Part shown: positions 32,008 to 46,023 of the stretch, one piece after another
Layout of the letters: each line of letters opens with the position of its first letter
Position numbering within the stretch: the first letter of the stretch is position 1
Assembly: GCA_043228905.1 (NCBI GenBank)
Contig: JBHGNT010000004.1
Span: 806,001-870,000 of the forward strand
DNA length: 64,000 bases
From: Azolla caroliniana
Taxonomy: Eukaryota > Plantae > Polypodiophyta
Direction: 5' to 3'
The notes under the pieces: model-generated
What the model was told of the DNA's origin: nothing
The model's input: the letters and a program-made list of their open reading frames with translations, nothing else
Databases searched by the model: none
Translations under genes and position numbers: made by a program

Positions 32008-34713
32008 CGCCTGTGGCGTCTGATTTTCTGTCTGTGTCGGCGACGAAACCCTAAGACGCAGGGCAGGGCAGAAGAGAAACAGAACAGAGCAGGGCAGGGC
32101 AGGGCTTCAAATTCCTTCAATTATATGTACATTGTACATTCTAAAATGACACAATTCTGCATAAGCTTTTCATTGTTTGTTACTTACTCATAGAGTCATA
32201 GGATTGATTAATGAATATGTACTTCTAATAGACTTCATCAACAATTGCATACATACAATTACAGGAGTGATACACACTATAGAGAAGTGTGAATCAACTT
32301 TAGATCGAACATTTTTGCTCGTTCGAATCGCGTATGAAAGAAAGGAGACGAGTTAGGATTGGATTTGATCGACATGTGATGTGTTCCTATTAGAACTTGG
32401 AAAATGATCAATTTGGCTATCAAATATATTGACTAGCACACTTACGTATAATCAAGTGATTCTCACTATAACATGTTGTGGAAGGGGAGTTTCTTCCATT
32501 TGACCAACGATAGTTATTGAATGTGTTACTTTGCCTTTACTATTGTCTTGCCTTGATTTTGGCTTACCCTAGATTTTCACCTACGTCTACTCCGCTACCT
32601 TGCTAGTGCTTATTCTAACTACCTTGCCCTTTGTCTATTTGTTACAAAAGCCAGAAAGTAGGAATAAATCATGCAAGACATCTACAAATACTTGTAATAG
32701 TTGTTAACAGAAGATGAATTTTGTGCGAGGAATGAACGATGGTGGCCAAAGGACAATGCAATAATATTTTAGAAAAGCAACCATCTAAGACCTTTCGAGA
32801 CATGTGATTCAGTTGATATATAGAAACACTCAATGGAGATGAAAATATGAAATGAGATGCTCAACAACGAATAACGAGTGCCATGACACAACTAGTCAAT
32901 GCAACTATGATCCTGCACGAGAGTGTGACAAAGATAGAGATGAAGATGAAACGAGCCATGTAATCAATTGGAAGCATTTAACTAATTATGGTGTGATTAT
33001 TAGGTGCTTGTGGTCGAAAGAGTGCTTCATTGCTTAATTCACACGGATATAAGCGTGTGAGAAGATGATCCACTTAACATTCATTCAATAAAAAATGATT
33101 GAAACGAACCTAACAACCTCCTGCATCCGGTCATTGAGAATAGGGAAACATGCATTATATGTTGTAACTTGTTTTCATGCTCAATGTCACATGCATTATA
33201 CCACTGTGCATATAAAGCTTTTGAACATATTGTTCAATTTCTTGATCGATGATTTTGTTTGTGATATCTTCATCTTTGCCATTGAGTTGTCTCCATGTTG
33301 GCTTTGGTTAGGGTTAAAACACTTGGATTCTTTCCCTTCATTAGATTTCATAATATTACCTCTTCTTTCTCTCCACCATTATTCCATTAGAGGTTTTTGA
33401 TTTTATGATCCGCAAGCTTGAACATTCAGTGATGAACCTTGCATTCTTCATCAAACCATGCATTCGATATCTACATGTTCATAGCTTGCCTTGAAAACGA
33501 CATCCTTCAATTGTTGTCACTTTGTTTTCATGTGTTTAATAAAGAAGAGGCTCATTGCATAACTCTTACCGACATTTGTATCTACATTAACGTTGTCATA
33601 GCAAGGTCACATAATGCACGTATGTCCCTTATGTACTTTAATGCATCCATTAATCTTAGAGTATTTGATTGCAAAAAACAATTAAGGTGTTTGACCCCAT
33701 GACATCTAATTTGTTAGAGTAGCATGACAACCAACCACACCATCCAAATGACATTTAATAATTATTGTAATATTTAGATCCCTAGATTTCTAAAGTTTGG
33801 TGAACCTTAATGGTGGTGGCATTTCATTTCGCAATGAAAGGCATTTTTTGTGGAAAAAGATAAAAGGAGAGACAACCATATGCTATGGTATTCTTTGTTA
33901 TATTGACTAGTGTCTACCTCTCGACTTGGAAGGAAGTAAAAGAAGAAAGCAACAATTAAGTGGTCAAACCCACATTTGTCCTGTAATAATAGAATGTTAA
34001 TTTGGGGACTATGGCCAAAGTATGTTAGAGATTTATTTTATAATAAAACAATGTAGAAACTTGAAAGTATCCAATGATTTTTATATCCTAAGCTTAAACA
34101 TATTTGGCACCAAGATCCTCTTACAATTTTTCTTAGTATAACTTTACTTGTTATTTCATTGCTTATTGATGAATGAACATACTTAGTGTCAATCAAATAT
34201 TAAGCAATGAGAACTAAACATCATTTTTATTACATATGAATGTAAATACAAATAAAAAATGCACGAGACACGATGAATCAATCATGCGATGAATTAATTA
34301 CAGAGATTCTGTGATATGTTAAGAAAAACGCCACAATTTATACATGTTGTTCACATGATGAAACTAATGAAGGGGATGAAAGCAAAGACATGGTTTGGAA
34401 AAGAAAAAAGAAAAAAGAAAAAAAGAAAGCAAAAACATGGTTTGAATTTCGAACACCTTAAAATAAATAGACTTTGATTTTTTTTCCATAAAAAATATCC
34501 TCCATTGGTATTAAATTTAAAGTCTCTAGAGACAATATACAAGATAGTCCAATATTACAATGAATATTGTGTAGACGTGCCGAACGATCGTAGCCAAGCT
34601 TTCTAGGAAGCTAAATCATCTTTCTAGCCAATCTTGTTCATGTTTAGCATATCCAAGAATAATGTTTTCATCAAACATACCCTTTCTTTCAATCTGAACA
34701 TGCATCTCACGTC

Positions 34714-36108
34714 TAGGGATCGGCAACGGCTCGGCTCAAGCCTAAACTGTTTGGCTTAACCGGCTTAAAGTGGCTTGGTTCGGCTCGATTTAGGCTTGAG
34801 CTTGCCTTAACAATTTGAGCTCGGCTCGGCTCGGCTTGAGCCTCGCCAAACCGGCTCAAGCCGTCTAAGCCATTTAAGTGATTTAACTAGTAATTACTAT
34901 AGTTTATTACTAAAGTCTACGTATTTCCTCCACCAACATGAGGCATGTGTCAATGTATAACTATTAATTCTTATGCTCAGGGACAAACATATGTCTATAG
35001 CAGTTTAAGAGTAGTTGAAAGGAACTACGCGAATTTTTGTGACCTATATTTTTACTTTGAAGCCATGCATAAGCCTAAAAGCTATGAGAAGAGGGCAAGA
35101 AATCCATAAAGAGATCATTAAAAGGGAGTTTGATTAGGATATGTGTCTTGTGGCTATTCTAGTTTATGCATATGCTAAATGTGGTAGTTTTGAAGATGTT
35201 ACTGCAGTAATTAGACTACTTCCAATTGCAAACACCCTTGTAAGTTTGCTAAAGGATTGTGGCAGTGTAGTGATAGTTGATAAGGGCATAGAAATTCACA
35301 ATGAAATCGTGAGACTGTTGGAAGACAATATCGAGCTTGGGAATGCTTTGGTGGACATGTATGCTAAATGTGGCCAGCTTGGAAAAAACCCAAAAAACAT
35401 TCAATGATCTTTCAGATCGGGTGTTGTGGGATAGAGCGGCTTCAATAGTTGCACAATCTCTACGGAAACATAGCATTGTAGCTTATGTGCTTTTTTAAAA
35501 CTAATGGAATGATATTTTGTTTTAAAAAAGTAAAAAAAGTCTAAGTTCTAAGTTCTAACTAGTCACGAGTCTAAGTTCTAACTCAAGTCTAAGTAGTGGT
35601 GACTCAACTCTAAGTTTTAACTTCTAACTAGTCACGAGTCACGAGTCAATGTCTCTACACATAGACTCCAGAGTGACGACTTAGGTAACAGGACTCTCGA
35701 CATAGATAGTGACCAATCCATCGACACAGACAATGCATTTCTCATTTTATGTTTTCTTGTTGTTTTTCTCTAAGCCTTGTAACCATTCTACATTTGGAGC
35801 ATATTGGAGGGGGATTGTTCAATGATAAATTGTAACGGAATTGTGTTATGAAGTTCAATGATAAATTGTAATAGAATTGTGTTATGAAGTTCAATATTCA
35901 ATGTAAGAGTATTGTTGTTTTCTCCCAAACCGGTTCACAAATCGGTTTCCAAGCCAGTTCATAAATCGGTTAAGCCTAAGCCGGTTTAGGGATCGGTTTG
36001 GTTTGGTTTGGTTCAAGTTTGAAAACCCCTAAACGGTTTAGGCTTAGCCGGTTTGGCTCGGGTAAGGCCAAACCAGCTAAGCCTAAACCAAACAGTTGCT
36101 GATCCCTA
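34714..36108. mobile_element. Non-autonomous hAT element carrying a PPR fragment
   Basis: TIRs tagggatcggcaac / gttgctgatcccta; 8-bp TSD ctcacgtc / ctcatgtc; subterminal cggct/aaccgg repeats; internal ORF 35141-35407 with YAKCG and GNALVDMYAKCG. Confidence 0.9.
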
Positions 36109-36357
36109 CTCATGTCCCCCCTTTTGAATTGCTCTTGTGCTGCTAACTAAAGCTTTCAAGATGCCCACAAAATTGAAAGCATTTTGGTTGGATGCCTCTA
36201 TGTTGCATATTTGCAAAGCTCTTACATGTTTCATCACCATAACCACGTTTTGCATGTCTTGTTATTAGTGATGTCCATGAGACAACATCTTTAATTGAAA
36301 GACTCTTGAACACTCACGTAGCTTTAGCAACCAAGCCACATTTAGCATACCTATGAA

Positions 36358-36764
36358 TAACAATCGGCAACGGTTTGGTTCGCGATATAAATGGTTTATC
36401 GGTTTTTTATTGTTTATTTATTTATTAAAAAATACAAAATTTATAGAAAAAATAAAAAATTATTTTTAAACAATCTTTTTATTTTTAGACCTTATTCTCA
36501 CATTTTAGGAACATCTTAAAAATTTTAAAATTTAAAAAAAAGAAATATTATAAATTAAAAATTAAAAAGAAGAAGAAATATTATAAATTTAAAAATTAAA
36601 AATTGAGCTATGTTGAAAACCAAAACCAAACCATGAAACCACGGTTTTTACGGTTTGAAATAATTGAACGGTTCGAATTAACAGTTTCGTGGTTTGGTTC
36701 AAGTTTTTTTAATGCTAATCGGTTCGTTTTGGACCCTCTCAAACCGAACCATTGCCGATTGTTA
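36358..36764. mobile_element. 407-bp hAT-type MITE
   Basis: TIRs taacaatcggcaacgg / ccattgccgattgtta; perfect 8-bp TSD cctatgaa; AT-rich core with aaacc/ggttt subterminal motifs. Confidence 0.92.
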
Positions 36765-37254
36765 CCTATGAAGCAAGGAATTGCCAACAACAACGTTGGT
36801 TTTTTAAATAAACATAAATTATAACCGTAGAGCCACCTGCAAAATTATAACTGTGGAGTGTATTCATAGAGGGCAGGTAGACAAAATCACACTAGCTTAT
36901 TCTCGAGTCATTTTGAAAAAGAACAAAATCAAGGGTGTCCCATGGGGAAGCATGAGATTGAAACTTACGCCCACATGCATGAAAACACATCACCCACACG
37001 CATCATGATCACAACAACTACCACCCCCATGGAGAACAAGGCAAGAATAGCCAAGATGATCATGGAGAGGAACACGACACTTCTTCATATGCATGACAGT
37101 TGTAGTTACGGTCACGCATGGGGGTTGGGCACTCTCGTAGGAACAACATGAGAAGATCTGTACGTAGTAACGGGCGTGGGGTGTGATTCGAAGGTTTCTT
37201 TGATGCGAAAGAGAATCGAGCGTCAAATAAATGCATGCCTTCCTTCCTTCTGGA

Positions 37255-37321
37255 AACATATACATAAATGCATACATACATACGCGTGCGCGCGCACACA
37301 CACATACATACATACATGAAT

Positions 37322-37356
<35 letters not shown>

Positions 37357-37380
37357 TCATATGTATATGCATGTATGTAG
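37255..37380. repeat. Compound (CATA)n/(CA)n microsatellite upstream of the kinase gene
   Basis: Direct inspection. Confidence 0.9.
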
Positions 37381-37902
37381 TAATATTATTGAGTAAGACA
37401 AAAAAAAAGGACATGGAAGGAAAGAAAGAGACAAAAAATGGGGGGAAATTAAAAAGTTTAAAAATTCAAAAATAAATTTGCTTGAATTTCTCTCTCCCCT
37501 AAACACCCCCTCTTTTACTCTGTTCCTCTCTGTTCTTTTTTTCTGTTCCTCTGATTCTCTCTCAGAGAAGATGAACTTCCACTGAATTTTCAATTCCCCT
37601 TCCCTGAGATTCTCATCTATCGATCTTTAAATCAGAATTCCACCACCAACAGCCTCTGCAAATTCCTCGAAGGTAAACATAACCCCATCTCTGTGCCTCC
37701 CAAAATTTAAGCATTTTAAGCAGACATTCGGTACATTCAGATCAAATCAGAACGTGTACTTGTGCGTGTTTCTTCTTCTTATTTTCTCAATAATGTCTTT
37801 CTCTGCTCCTCAATGTTCGTGGTAAGAAATTAATGGCAATAACATATAACATGCTGCTTTGGAATCCTATTCCAGAACGATCAGATCAATCAGGCTTCAA
37901 GA

Positions 37903-40900
37903 ATGAAAGAATCAGGGTCCTCTAGAATGGATCAATACGAGGTGATGGGGCAAATTGGAAGAGGGGCATTTGGGTCTGCCATCCTTGTGTACCACAAGCT
38001 CGAGAAGAAGAAGTAAGAGAAGAAAACCCTTCATTTTTTTCTGTTTTTTCGGCTTCACGGGCCATCATTTCATGCTTCCAGAATTCCCACTCTCCATATG
38101 AAGGAACTCTTTATGCTGTTTTAGGTATGTCCTGAAGAAGATACGCCTTGCTCGACAGACTGATAGATGCCGCAGATCAGCTCATCAAGAGGTATAAGAG
38201 AAGAAACAGAAACTATTTCAAATCTTCATCTGCACTTCCTGATTTCTATTTCAATGTAATTGCAGATGGCCTTAATATCAAAAGTTGTCCATCCTTATAT
38301 TGTGGAATACAAAGAATCGTGGGTAGAGAAGGTGAGGCAGCTTTACTGTTTGTTTCTGTTAAACAAATAAATTCATGACCCTTAAAGCATGTGGAGACTC
38401 AGCCAAAGAATTAGGTTTCCATGTATTTGAAATATTGATTTTGTTGTTGTCTTTAAGTTGATGAAGGAGCGGATATGTCTCTAAAGGATCAGCTGATGAG
38501 TGTTTCTGTTGCTTCTCTGTGCAGGGCTGTTATGTGTGCATTGTGCTTGCATGTTGTGATGGCGGAGACATGTATGTTGTATAGGCTTTTTGACTTTTGT
38601 GTTACACATACTGATGGACCTCTGTTCAATAAAATCCGTTTCATGAGTGGATTGCAGGGCCAATTTAATCAAGAAGTCTAACGGAGTTTATTTCTCAGAA
38701 GAGGTGTCACAAAATAATATATTTTGTTGTTTCTAAGTATGTTTTATTGCTTGCAATGGTTAAATCTCCATCTGTTTTCTTTGCAGAGATTGTGCAAATG
38801 GTTAACGCAAATCCTCCTTGCTGTGGATCACCTTCATTCTAATCACATCCTCCATCGTGATCTTAAGGTGTGTATATCTCATTTTTTGCATTTCTAGAGA
38901 GTGATTGCTCATTTATTCTAACGATTTCCTTCATGTCTTATCAGTGTTCAAACATCTTTTTGACAAAAGAGCATGATATCAGGCTTGGTATGATGACATA
39001 ACTGGACTCACAGCTGCATTTTGGCTAGTGAACCTTATAGAATAGTAAACTTATCAGTTACGAGGGCTTCGGGGTTGTGTGTGCGCTAAATTCTTAAACA
39101 TTGTGTTACAGGAGACTTTGGATTAGCGAAAATGTTGAATGCAGATGGTCTTACTTCGTCGGTACGTGATAGATCTATGTAGAAATATGCTATGATGAGG
39201 AGTGTTTACGAAGCTGTACATTTATTTATTCTTATGTGCTGACAGGTTGTAGGGACTCCAAATTACATGTGCCCAGAGCTTCTCGCAGATACTCCTTATG
39301 GATATAAGTCAGACATTTGGTCCCTAGGTAGGGTTTATGTCGTTTAAAGTTTGTATTTGTTTTATATCAATATTCTTTATTAAACCTTCATTCTTCAACC
39401 CTGTCTCTTATAGGGTGTTGCATGTATGAAATGACTGCACACAAGCCAGCTTTCAAAGCATTTGTAAGTAAATGGTGATTGTTTTTTGTTGCTGTTCTCA
39501 TGGACATATTTCTTGAATACTTACATGTAAGGGTAGAATTTGATGAGGCATGAGTTTGGGTGAGTATCTTTGCAGGATATGCAGGGTTTGGTAAGCAAGA
39601 TAAGCAATTCATCACTTGGGCCTTTACCTTCCATGTATTCTGCACCTTTGTAAGTGTAACACTTATTATAACTCATCTAGAAGATTCATACATTTATAGG
39701 TAGTACTTACATTGCTATTCTTTGCAACTGCAATAGGAAAGGAATAATCAAGAGTATGCTCCGAAAGAATCCTGATAGTAGACCGAGTGTAAGTGTTAAT
39801 TATGCCAAATATTGTCATGCTTGCCTGCCTGCTTTGTTCTTTGTTTTTTCCCTTATGAACATCACCATAGCTTGTGAAATACATTTCACTCTGCATGCAT
39901 GCTTTTGAAATGGCTGAAGCACACTCATCAACAATCATTTCCTACATTTGCAGGCTTCTGAACTACTCAAGCATCCTCATTTACAAGCTTACGCCAAGCA
40001 GTTCCAAACCCAATCATATTTTTGTCTCAGAGATCCATTGAGACAAATTCATCTGAATGACAATATCAGTGGTGATGATAATATCTACAATAACCACATG
40101 CATGAAACGACTAGACTTTATGATTCCAGAGATCCTCTCATGGATTCCAATCAACATATTGATATCAATAAAATCGAGCCTTGCGATTGGCCATTATTCT
40201 ATGATGAGAATGATACATCTGGAACAATGAGTGAAAGCCATTCTTCCATGGCAACTGCTACAGGCATGCTCAATAGCATGGAGTGGATGGGAGAGATATG
40301 TACTCCTGGAGATAATCTTAAAGGAAAAGGTGAGGGGCTAGGCAAAGTAACACCCAAGGTTCCTCCTAGTTTTTCCAAGTGTAGAGGAAGAGGTGGAGAG
40401 ACTCCTCGTGTGGTGTTGAATGGAACCACTCGGATTCATAGCCCTCGGATAAAACCCAGTCCTGCCACCAGCGTTCAGAAAGGGAGGCAATCGGTAACCC
40501 ACCTTTACAGAAACTGTTTCATTTTCATTTTAACAGCTCACAGTTCACAAGCACTATGCATTTCACAAAGCACATTTGTTACTGTTTAAATGCTCTGGTT
40601 ATTGTGCAGTGAAGATGCATGAGAATGAATGTAGTTTTCTTCTGACTGACGTTATATCAGCTGATAAAATTAAACTACAAACTTTGTTATGCTTATGCCA
40701 GCTCCCTGGAGAGGCCCTTTTTAGGGTGAAGGCTTCAAGAGATGATCAAGATGAGAGGGTACATGTGGCAAAGCAGAGAGGTGTTGAGATAGGTTCAACC
40801 AGAAGGGCCTCCTTGCCACTTCCTGCCAAAGGAGGAACCTCCCCCACCATCAACACATCTAAACCTAAGTGTGGCACTCCCAAGATTAGACGGACCCCTC

Positions 40901-41598
40901 TTAACGACAACTTGCGAACTCTATCAAATGTTACACCGAAAGCAGGAAGGCTAGGTGCCCTTAGCCTCAAATGCACCACCAAAAAGGATGAGCGTACACT
41001 TAAGCAGGTTGTGAGTGTCGTTCAGAAAAGAGGAGCTGAAAATATATCCCCCCATGTTTCTGTCAATGCTCCTCGACTTGATTCAATACCGCCGTTCTCT
41101 CTTACTACAGAGGATACACCTCCTGTAAGAATGAGTTCTAGCAAGCACAAAAAGCAGGTCTCTGATATACCAAATTCTTCTGCTCCATATAACGATGTGA
41201 TACATGTGATAAGGCACAGAACACTGAGGTTTGGATCAGAAGAGGTAAAAGATGAAGACCTTCCTTGCATTAAAAGTGCCACCGAAATGGGCTTAGATCA
41301 TAGGTATGAGCTGAGTAAGTTGTCCACAAGCAATGGCTTGTGCTATTCAGATGATCCACCACATTCGAAGTTATGTGAGAACGATAGGAGTAAAGAGGTG
41401 TTCGATCGAAGCTCCTTCCGTGCACGGGCTGAAGCTCTGGAGGGCTTACTGGAGCTCAGTGCAGAGCTGCTTCAGCAGCAAAGAGTAGATGAACTGGCTG
41501 TTGTGTTGAAGCCTTTTGGGAGAGGTAAAGTGTCACCCAGAGAGACAGCCATCTGGCTCACCAAGAGCTTGAAAGATCTGAAGCTTATAAAAAACTGA
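37903..41598 (+). CDS. NEK: NIMA-related Ser/Thr kinase (plant NEK5/6-like), multi-exon
   Basis: Spliced [57 protein letters not shown]; plant NEK C-terminal motif [30 protein letters not shown]. Confidence 0.93.
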
Positions 41599-42485
41599 AG
41601 CCTTGGAGACAGATCAGTTTACAACAAAAAGAATTACTCATGTAATATTATTAATAAAGATTCATTTGGACATGCATGGTGCTGTTGTGCTGCTTCAGGA
41701 GCTACGATCAATCCGTCAAGCTTCCTTTGCTGAAGTGAGTTGTGCAAAGTGGCATACATCCTGACAATTCCATTTTTCTCAGTGATGGAGAAGGGCTGTT
41801 TGTCTCATCCCCAAAGAGAAATGATCCTTTTAGGCAGGCATTGGTTATGGGACATGGTTGGACTCCTCTGTTTATTTTTTTTTGGGGGGGGGTATGTTTG
41901 ATTTTGCTGCTTGTGCTCTTTATGTAGGAGACCAGTTGATAACCATGATTGTAACATGAGAATTAGTTGATCAATATGCATTGAAGCGTTGTCACAATTT
42001 TAGTTAAAACACTATCAAGTAAGCACCTTTCGATTTCTGGGCTTTGCTGATAGAAAACTCCCACCTCTCTGTTTGTAACCTGCTCATACTTGACTTTGTG
42101 TTGTCATGCTACATGATCTACATTGTTTGATTCCAATCATTGTCTGATGGAAACTCTAGAACAAGCAATAGTCAAAATTCCATGAACAATGAATCATAGC
42201 AGTCTTCTAATGATCTGGTGCAGTGCCCTGTCTAGAGATATCATTGGTGGATATTTGGCATTCTAAGAGCTCATTTCCAGACTTTTTCACACTAAAGATT
42301 GTGTTCAATGATTTGGTTTTAGTGATTGAAGGGTTTGGTTCAACTGAAATTCATAGTTTTCTTGCATATTGACGTTTGAAAGGGTTTTAACCATCACCTT
42401 GGATCTGCCTCACCTATACCCACTCTTATCCCCACCATGGGCATACAAATTACTGAGTTTAAACTCTAGAAGAGGATGTGCATTG

Positions 42486-42620
42486 GTGCAAGTTATAATG
42501 GACAAATTAAAGTTAGAATATGCAAGTTATAATGCAAGTTATAATGGACAAATTAAAGTTATAATGCAAGTTATAATTCTCTATGTGCATTGCTGAAATT
42601 ATAATTCCCAATGCAAGTTA
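42486..42620. repeat. Short tandem-like repeats tgcaagttataat(ggacaaattaaagtt)
   Basis: Motif recurs about 5 times. Confidence 0.65.
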
Positions 42621-43142
42621 GAAGAGGATATGCAATGTGGAAAGCCAACAAAATCACAAGAGATGTGTGAGACTAAAACAATGGTGCATGACAACTCGAT
42701 TGTGCAGACCTTACGCCGGGCTGACGCTAACATGTCGGAAGACATGAAGTTGTTTTTCTTCTGGCCGCCGCGTATCCGACATGACCTCCGCCGTCGTGTA
42801 CGCGATCAAGGCCCGACGACACTACACGAAGCCATCCTCACCGCCCAACGCATCGAAGCTGTAGATGCGCACGACATGCACACACCAGGTAATCTCAGTC
42901 ACAATCATACAACACTATGCCAGCTGCCACTCCCATGGACATCGACGTCCAGAACTCGCAATTACGCGCCAAGCGTGCATTGCCCGAACGAGACAACCAG
43001 GGACGCCCCAAATGTTTCTACTGCAACAACTATGGCCACATTCGGCGTCATTGCCGAAAGTGGCAAAATCACCAACAGAAGCAGAACGTCCAATTAGCCG
43101 ACCTTGCCTCCCTCTCTAAGCTCCTGGAAAACTAATGCACGG

Positions 43143-44234
43143 TGTCGTGAAGTACGAAAGCTTCACATTAAAAGTCTACAATAAGATAAATACGTAACTA
43201 AAATAACATTTGATAATGTTTTATATATAAAGATAATATTAACAACACATATGATAATATTATATATATGTAAAGAAAAATAATATATATATATATATAG
43301 ATAAATATATTATATTACACGAACAAGAGAGGACTTGAACCAATAACCCCACCCTATGACTCTCAAATCTTACCATTTACTCTATACTAGTAATATACAT
43401 AAAATAAATCATACTTTATATATACTTTATATTACATAAAGGATTTGCTTCATGATATAAAAATAAAGTTGTATGTTGTATTCAATAGTATTTTGAGACT
43501 CAAACCCACAACCTCTTACACCAAAGTCAACACACCTACCATTATGCTAGGCCCTTTCTCTTTATCATTATTCTTATTGCATATATTGTTTCATATATAA
43601 AAGCTCAAATGAGTGAGATGTTTATCATGCATCACATGTAATGCATGAACGCCAAATGGCGATCATGTATCACATGCATTTCATGCACTACATGCATGGC
43701 TTGTACCCTCCAATGCATCATATGCATGGGGGCACCTATTTAAATGGTGAAAGAGAAGATCAAAGGGAGATATGTATGAGATATCAATCAAATTATGTAT
43801 TACATAAGAGATACCATAAAAATAGATAAAGAAGGGAAAAAGTTTAACATAAAGGGAGCTCTAGCTTGGCGGTCGTGGTGGTCAACTCTCAACAAGAGGG
43901 AGGCGGTTCGAGCCTTATCTTCATCAAAATATTGAAGTGAAGATTGTAGTGGTCTACGATCAAGAAAGAGAAGAGCGATTACCTTGCAAGACAAAGTTCG
44001 GAGGTTCAACGACGTGTACAACCACTTTTGCAACTCTTTCATCAAATAATTATAAATCTCTTTTATTGCTTCAAATATCATTCTATATCTTATCTTGTCA
44101 TATCTTGTTGATCACTATTTATCTATCTCTACTCTTTCGTCTCTTCCGTCCATAATCCCAGTGATTCCTTCCTCACTTTCACGATATCTTTTGTCTACGC
44201 AACGCTACGCTTCTAGGCGAGCCACGCCACGACA
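43143..44234 (+). mobile_element. Solo LTR, 1092 bp
   Basis: TGTCGTGA..CCACGACA termini; 4-bp TSD ACGG at 43139-43142 and 44235-44238; AT-rich, with TATAAAT near 44051. Confidence 0.85.
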
Positions 44235-44251
44235 ACGGGGTGCCGCAAGGA

Positions 44252-44430
44252 GAGCTACCCCCGCACGTCCACGCCTCCACGTCATCAACTTCTCTCGTTT
44301 CTCCCACGATCGAGCTGCCCCCGCACGTCCACGCCTCCACGTCATCAACTTCTCCCGTTTATACCACGATCGAGCCGATCCCGCATGTCCACGCCTCCAC
44401 GTCATCAACTTCGCTCGTTTGTACCACAAT
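44252..44430 (+). repeat. Three in-frame 60-bp tandem repeats at the start of G pol
   Basis: gagct.cccccgcacgtccacgcctccacgtcatcaacttc with period 60. Confidence 0.9.
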
Positions 44431-45692
44431 TGCCCGCCTCTAGCACACGACCCAAGAAGTTCTCCTCAACTCCGACAACAACATCTCTTCCATCAACGCA
44501 GATGTAGTCACCCAATTACAACTTCCCACGAGCCACGCACCGCCCATTAAAATCCTCTTCGGCGACCAACAACGTTTGTACCACTCACATACGCAAGTCA
44601 TGTGCATACTCACCATCAGTTCCGCCCAGATCCAACATCGTTTCTACGTCCTCCAGCGCCAGTTGTTCCCAATCACCCAGGGCTGTGATTGGTTCCTCCA
44701 TAGTCGAGCCTGTCTCGATTTCTCCTCACAACAGCTCATCCTCCCCAATCACCTTCCGATCGCGCTCTTCACTACTCCGCGAGATACCACCCACATCAGC
44801 AACACACAGTACTTGGTATCACCGACAAAGCGCATCCACGACATCCGACGGCTCCTAGCGACCTTTCCCTCGCTATCTACACCATCTACAAAACCTCCCT
44901 CGGTTCGTTTTCCGATCCACCACACGATTCCTACAGGCAATGCCCGCCCCATCAACGTAGCTCCCTGACGTCGCTCGCCTCTCGACCACGAGCGCATCGA
45001 CAACGCCGTCAAAACTATGCTACAACAGGGGATTATCACACCTTCCAAGAGCGAGTGGATCTCGGAGCCACACATGGTAAAGAAAGGGGATGACTCTTAC
45101 CGTTTTTGTGTCGACTTCCGACAACTAAACAATGTCACCACCCATGACCGATATCCTCTCCCTCGTATCAACGACCTCCTCGACTAGCTCGACAAATCAA
45201 AATACTTCACCTCCCTCGATCTGGCCTCGGGATATTGGCAAATCCCTATGAATCATAAAGATGCCCACAAAACTGCATTCCGCACTGGGAAAGGCATTTT
45301 TCAGTTCACGCAGATGCCCTTCGGCCTATCCGATGTTGGCAACACATTCTAGCGAATGGCTAACGCCATCTTCAATGATCTCATCACCCGCCGCGACGTC
45401 ATCGTCTATCTAGACGATATTCTGATACATGCGAGCACTTGGGCGGAACACCTTCAAGCCCTTCGGGAGGTTCTCACTTGTGTTCAACGCTATCAATTGC
45501 AGCTGCAATGGAAGAAGTGTCGATGGGGTAGTATGTGTCATGAACACATGACCATTATGGCGTCACCCGGACTTGAACCTCGAACCTTGTAATTCATACT
45601 TGAAAACCTCAACCATTAAGATAGTTTATTGTTATATGAAACAATAAAAGCTACTTCTTGTATTACATTGATTATTGTAAAAACTCTAGATT

Positions 45693-45791
45693 ATTCTAGA
45701 ATGTTCTAGAATGTCCTAGAGCATTCTAGGTCTAGAACATTCTAGAACATTCTAGAAATCTCTAAGCTATTCTATAGGAACCTATAAATAA
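45693..45791 (+). promoter_or_regulatory. LTR promoter of C: heat-shock-element arrays and TATA box
   Basis: ttctagaatgttctagaa and gaacattctagaacattctagaa; TATAAATAA at 45783. Confidence 0.75.
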
Positions 45792-45949
45792 GCGCATACA
45801 TGTATTCTCAAATCAATTCGAATCAACACCAGTCTTTAGCTCTCATTACATATCTCAATGTATCCATTCTCTTTCTTTCTCTATCTTATACATCCATTCT
45901 TCTCTATCCTTCTTCCATCACTCTATCTTTTATCCTTGGTTCTGACAGT

Positions 45950-45956
45950 TTGATTC

Positions 45957-45960
<4 letters not shown>
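45950..45960 (+). promoter_or_regulatory. Self-priming PBS of C
   Basis: TTGATTCGAAT is the reverse complement of ATTCGAATCAA at 45816-45826, 33 nt after the TATA start. Confidence 0.85.
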
Positions 45961-45998
<38 letters not shown>

Positions 45999-46023
45999 CC
46001 TCCTTTGTAACCATCCTGAAACC

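Larger units (their letters stand above)
34620..36810 (-). pseudogene. PLS-PPR pseudogene fragment split by two hAT insertions
   Basis: With the insertions removed it reads NVVVGNSLLHR|YAKCGLVAKAT*VFKSLSIKDVVSWTSLI...G|REMHVQIERKG. Confidence 0.75.

Noticed and set aside
32250-34300. Possible decayed transposon sequence upstream of the mPGES-2-like gene
   Set aside because: No termini, TSD or protein motif could be identified with confidence
44252-44430. 60-bp and ~75-bp (23205-23412) repeat arrays as CRISPR-like structures
   Set aside because: Plain tandem duplications without unique spacers, in a eukaryotic context
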